From positions 736,001 through 800,000 of the forward strand of contig CAWJRG010000009.1 of NCBI GenBank assembly GCA_963845185.1: a DNA stretch of 64,000 nt, given 5' to 3'. A model generated the notes under the pieces. That model made no database searches. It saw only the letters and a program-made list of their open reading frames with translations, and was not told the origin of the DNA. The position numbers and the translations under genes were made by a program. Numbering within the stretch: position 1 is the stretch's first letter; each line of letters begins with the position of its first letter. The stretch is from an uncultured bacterium. Lineage in GTDB: Bacteria > Oederibacteriota > PGYV01 > CAWJRG01. Shown one piece after another: positions 60,184 through 64,000 of this stretch.

Positions 60184-61316
60184 TGCCCCAGCTCTTTCAC
60201 TATTGCATTGGCGGTTTTTTTAACCGTACCTTTTTTATAAATCAATGCTTTTAATTTTGCAAAATTCTTCTTCATATTCTTTCTGTATTTCTCCTCTCTT
60301 AATATCTTGACGGCTTCCATGCTTATATTTTCCGGTGTTACATTATTTTGAATGAATTCTTTAACCACCTGTTTGCCCAGTATGATGTTGACCAGCCCTA
60401 TGAAATTAACTGTACTGGCCAGTCTTCTGACTATAATAAAGGAAACCGGGTTTAGCCTGTAAACAAGAAGCTCCGGGATCCCAAGCAGGGCAAGCTCAAG
60501 CGTTATCGTGCCTGATTTGGCAATTGCACAGTCAAGGCTTTTCCGCAGATAAACATCACTCCCGTCAACTATCTTCATATCAGGGCAATCGTTGCGTGAA
60601 ATGATTTCGCGCATGAGCGTCTCGTCAATTGTGCCCGCCTTGAAGATAATAAACTTCACTCCCTTTGCTGTTTCCGATATCCTTTTACAGGCTTTGCATA
60701 TCACTGGTAATAACGATTTTATTTCCCTTGTCCTGCTTCCCGGAAATATGCCTACAATTTTGCCTTCATGCTTTTTCAAGGCTTTTTTTGTCGTTCCCAG
60801 GATGCTTTCCGCAGCCGGATGCCCGAAATACCTCACATTTATGCCTTCTTTTTCAAATATCGTTTTTTCAAACGGCAGAATTACCACGGCAAGGTCCACA
60901 TATTTTTTTATCTGGTAAATTCGTTCATAATGCCATGCCCATACCTGGGGTGTTATGTAATAAATAATTTTTTTTACGCCGGCTTTTTTTGCCGCTTTGA
61001 TTAGTTTTAAATGGAACCCCGGGTAATCCAGCACTATCAGTGCATCTATTTTTTCGTCGCTGATTATATGAACTGCCCTTGAATAAATCCTTAAGATATC
61101 GAAAAGTCTGAAAACAACCTCGATTATGCCCACCAGCGCAAATTTTACAAGGTCTATCCTGACGTCTACCCCGGCTTGTTTCATTTTTTCCCCGCCAAAG
61201 CCGAGTATTTTAACTTTGCCTTTCGTGGATTTATGAATTTCCTTCGCCAGGTTTGCCGCAAAAAAATCCGCGGATTCCTCCCCTGCTGATATTAAGATTT
61301 TTTTCAAAACATGCAC
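60180..61316 (-). CDS. lpxB: Lipid-A-disaccharide synthase
   Basis: SAGEESAD, DYPGF, PQVWAW, ILPFE, GHP, PGSR..E, SGT..LE. Confidence 0.96.
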   Translation of the reverse strand: MHVLKKILISAGEESADFFAANLAKEIHKSTKGKVKILGFGGEKMKQAGVDVRIDLVKFALVGIIEVVFRLFDILRIYSRAVHIISDEKIDALIVLDYPGFHLKLIKAAKKAGVKKIIYYITPQVWAWHYERIYQIKKYVDLAVVILPFEKTIFEKEGINVRYFGHPAAESILGTTKKALKKHEGKIVGIFPGSRTREIKSLLPVICKACKRISETAKGVKFIIFKAGTIDETLMREIISRNDCPDMKIVDGSDVYLRKSLDCAIAKSGTITLELALLGIPELLVYRLNPVSFIIVRRLASTVNFIGLVNIILGKQVVKEFIQNNVTPENISMEAVKILREEKYRKNMKKNFAKLKALIYKKGTVKKTANAIVKELGQ

Positions 61317-61317
61317 C

Positions 61318-62283
61318 TTAAGCCTTGAATTTATTCTTGATCTGTTCTTCTATTTCCAGAACTATTTTCAGCGCCATGTATGCCTGAAAAGGCGTGACTG
61401 CGACCTCTATCTCCCTGTTTATTGCGCTAATAAAGGACTTGAGTTCGCTGGCCAAAGGCTCCTCTTTTGCCATTGGGAACGACTCGATTTCCATTATGTC
61501 GTTCCAGGAAACCGTCCTGTCTGCCGGAAGCCCTTCCTTGATTTTGTAAATTTTTATGCTTTGCCTGACATAATCTATAGATATGTACGCGTTGTTCTCA
61601 AACACCCTGATTTTCCTGAGTTTTTTCGGGCTGACCCTGCTTGCAGTCACGTTTGCCACTGCCCCGTTTTTAAACTCAATCCTTGCGTTTGCCATGTCTA
61701 TATTTTTTGTCAGTATGGGCACCCCTATGGCGTCTATCTTTTTCACGTCAGACTCCACGAGCTGCAGGATTATGTCAATGTCGTGTATCATGAGGTCCAG
61801 TATTACGCTCGTGTCAAGGCTTCTTGCGGTAAAAGGTCCGAGCCTGTTTGCCTCTATGAGCCTTGGGACCTTTTTCATCTGCTGGAGCTTTTTTATTGCC
61901 ACGTTGAACCTTTCTATATGGCCTATCTGGAAAATCAGCTTGTTCTGCTTTTTTTTGAATATTTCCATCAGCTTGTCCGCTTCTTTTATGGTCGCAGTCA
62001 TGGGTTTTTCCAGCAGTACGTGCTTTTCGTATTCGAGCATGTATTTTGCCACGTCATGATGCATTGTAGTGGGCACTGCTATGCTTACAGCGTCAACCTT
62101 GTCGACTATTGTTTTATAATCGGTATAAAGCGGCACTTTGTATTTGTCCGCTATCTCGACTGCCTTAGGCGATACGTCGCATATGCATGTCAGCTCCACG
62201 TTGTCCATGCCCGCGTATATCCTGGCGTGATGCTGTCCCAGGCTGCCTACTCCTATTACGCCCACTCTTAATTTTTTGCCCAT
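61318..62283 (-). CDS. Gfo/Idh/MocA oxidoreductase, probably GnnA-like UDP-GlcNAc 3-dehydrogenase
   Basis: GVGSLG..HAR, EKP, GHIERFN, DLMIHDID, TASRVS; directly upstream of lpxB. Confidence 0.8.
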   Translation of the reverse strand: MGKKLRVGVIGVGSLGQHHARIYAGMDNVELTCICDVSPKAVEIADKYKVPLYTDYKTIVDKVDAVSIAVPTTMHHDVAKYMLEYEKHVLLEKPMTATIKEADKLMEIFKKKQNKLIFQIGHIERFNVAIKKLQQMKKVPRLIEANRLGPFTARSLDTSVILDLMIHDIDIILQLVESDVKKIDAIGVPILTKNIDMANARIEFKNGAVANVTASRVSPKKLRKIRVFENNAYISIDYVRQSIKIYKIKEGLPADRTVSWNDIMEIESFPMAKEEPLASELKSFISAINREIEVAVTPFQAYMALKIVLEIEEQIKNKFKA

Positions 62284-62284
62284 T

Positions 62285-63523
62285 TTACACCTCTTCCAGT
62301 AATTTCAGGTATTTGTCAAAAGTTTTTTGCATGCATTTTATTTTTAACTGCGTGCCCTGTTCAGTCTGCTTTTTATCGAGCACGACAGCTTCAGTATAAA
62401 ACATATTTATGATTTTTTCTTTATTATACGGTATAACCACGTCTTTTTCCATAAATTCTTTCTCAACCAGTCCCTCGATTTTCGCTATAAGCGTATCCAG
62501 GCCGTCCCCGGTCTTTGCGGAAATATGTATGACGTTTTTATTCATTAACAGGGCTTGTTTTGCCTCTTCGCTTAAGAGGTCCACTTTATTGTACACGTCT
62601 ATGATGGTCTTATCTTCATAAGCGCCTATGCTTTTCAGGATGTCATATACGGTTTCTTTTTGCTCTTCGTAATCTTCCCTGCTTATGTCTATAAGATGGA
62701 GTATTATGTCCGCCTCCACCACTTCTTCCATGGTTGCCCTGAACGCTGCTATTAAATAAGGAGGCAGGTTTTTTATGAATCCCACAGTGTCGCTGAAAAG
62801 CACTTTGTATTTGTTCGGCAGGATATACTGTTTAATTTTCGGGTCGAGCGTTGCAAAAAGCTTGTCCTCGCTCAACATGCCCGCATTTGTGAGCCGGTTT
62901 AAAAGCATGGTCTTGCCTGCGTTTGTGTATCCAACAATCGAGACAAGCGGCACAGGAATCTCTTTTCTTCTTTCCCTTTGCTGCGCCCTGATTTCCTTTA
63001 TTTTTTCAAGCTCTTTTTTTATTATTTGTAACCGTTTCTTAATCTTTCTCCTGTCAACTTCAAGTTTTGTTTCTCCGGGCCCTCTTGTCCCTATGCCTCC
63101 TCCAAGCCTCGATAATTCCACGCCGTGGCCTGTCAGCCTGGGCAGCAGATAATTCAGCTGTGCATACTCCACCTGAAGAATGGCCTCTTTTGTATGTGCC
63201 CTCTGCGCAAAAATATCGAGTATAAGCTGCGTCCTGTCAATTATCCTTTTTTCAATTATCTTTTCTATGTTTCTTATCTGCACAGGCTTTAAGTTTGCGT
63301 CAAAAATCGCAAGGTCTATAAAATCCTTGTATTTTTCGGCAATTTCGTGTACTTTTCCCTTGCCGATAAAAAAGACCGGGTCAACGGCCTTTCTTGCCTG
63401 GGTTACGACGCCATAAACTTCAGCGCCTGCCGTGTCTATAAGGCCGTGCATTTCCTCAATATCTGTTTCCAATTGAGCTTTCTGGCTTTGTGAAAATGTC
63501 TTGATTAACAGTGCTTTTTCCAT
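62285..63523 (-). CDS. hflX: Ribosome-splitting GTPase HflX
   Basis: DRTQLILDIFA, GGGIGTRGPGETKLE, GYTNAGKT, LFATLD, DTVGF, NKVD. Confidence 0.97.
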   Translation of the reverse strand: MEKALLIKTFSQSQKAQLETDIEEMHGLIDTAGAEVYGVVTQARKAVDPVFFIGKGKVHEIAEKYKDFIDLAIFDANLKPVQIRNIEKIIEKRIIDRTQLILDIFAQRAHTKEAILQVEYAQLNYLLPRLTGHGVELSRLGGGIGTRGPGETKLEVDRRKIKKRLQIIKKELEKIKEIRAQQRERRKEIPVPLVSIVGYTNAGKTMLLNRLTNAGMLSEDKLFATLDPKIKQYILPNKYKVLFSDTVGFIKNLPPYLIAAFRATMEEVVEADIILHLIDISREDYEEQKETVYDILKSIGAYEDKTIIDVYNKVDLLSEEAKQALLMNKNVIHISAKTGDGLDTLIAKIEGLVEKEFMEKDVVIPYNKEKIINMFYTEAVVLDKKQTEQGTQLKIKCMQKTFDKYLKLLEEV

Positions 63524-63533
63524 ATTGCGGGTA

Positions 63534-63561
63534 ATTATACTCCTGGCACAGTAAAAGTCAA
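63534..63561 (-). promoter_or_regulatory. Putative sigma70 promoter of the hflX-LPS operon
   Basis: TTGACT-N16-TATAAT, 10 nt from the hflX ATG. Confidence 0.65.
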
Positions 63562-63653
63562 TGTTATTGGCTATACTGCTGGGTTATAGAGGGGGCAGAT
63601 ACTAAAGTGCTGTCATTCATCAACTTAATTGGTGGGAATTTTTGCAGAGAAGA

Positions 63654-64000
63654 TTAAACTTTTTTCTTCCATTCCACAGCTATGATCCTCTGGCCGTTCA
63701 TGCCTTTTGATTCATCGCTCGCGAGAAAAACAGCAGGCGGACCCATGATTTCAGGCTTAAGCAGCTTGCTCTTTTTTTCCTTTGGAAACGAGTTAGGTAT
63801 CATTCCTGTTAGTGTCGCACCGCCCGGAAGTAGCACGTTTAAGGTAATGCCTGTGCCTTCCAATTCCTGCGCCCATATAATGCTCATTGACTCCAGCGCT
63901 GCCTTTGAAGGACCGTACGGGGTGAATCCTTTGCGCTTCATGGTTTCATAATTCATGGATATGTTTATGATTCTTCCATGCCCCTGTTTGAGCATGTGAG
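63654..64000 (-). CDS. SDR oxidoreductase (3' part; truncated by window end)
   Basis: GRIINIS, YGPSK, NVLLPGG, FLAS. Confidence 0.85.
   Translation of the reverse strand, partial: HMLKQGHGRIINISMNYETMKRKGFTPYGPSKAALESMSIIWAQELEGTGITLNVLLPGGATLTGMIPNSFPKEKKSKLLKPEIMGPPAVFLASDESKGMNGQRIIAVEWKKKV

Overview
Bacterial chromosomal window. It is AT-rich, and almost every gene lies on the minus strand. The host is a diderm (lpxB, lpxK, waaA, GT9 heptosyltransferase-like genes) that uses strong Shine-Dalgarno sites and TTGACA/TATAAT-type promoters, so it is probably not Bacteroidota. A candidate-phylum lineage such as Goldiibacteriota is a guess only. Two housekeeping blocks flank an accessory region: secA, mutS, recO, ogt, lemA, GH57, HU, coaD, folD and dxs on the left; ispA, xseAB, galT, yajC, tgt, the lipid A/LPS core genes and hflX on the right. 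The ~23.5 kb accessory region (about 19.8-43.4 kb) splits the usual ispA-DUF212-dxs gene order. It encodes five signal-peptide proteins, each built from a variable N-terminal domain, a Pro/Thr linker and a YPNP/SPNP C-terminal domain resembling a type IX secretion sorting domain. Three of these C-terminal domains are closely similar at DNA level. A PorV/PorQ-like barrel fused to Ig-like and OmpA domains lies 7 kb away. Together these suggest a T9SS-like sorting system outside Bacteroidota, which is the main candidate novel system. Other points: a 27-codon leader ORF whose end mirrors the end of the gene it precedes, 27-aa compact ankyrin repeats, a sigma54 promoter with tandem activator sites upstream of a PilZ gene, a probable ATT start codon, a nitroreductase pseudogene, and two homopolymer frameshifts that may be assembly errors. 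No rRNA, tRNA, CRISPR array, integrase or transposase was recognised. All assignments come from motif recognition by eye; no searches were run.
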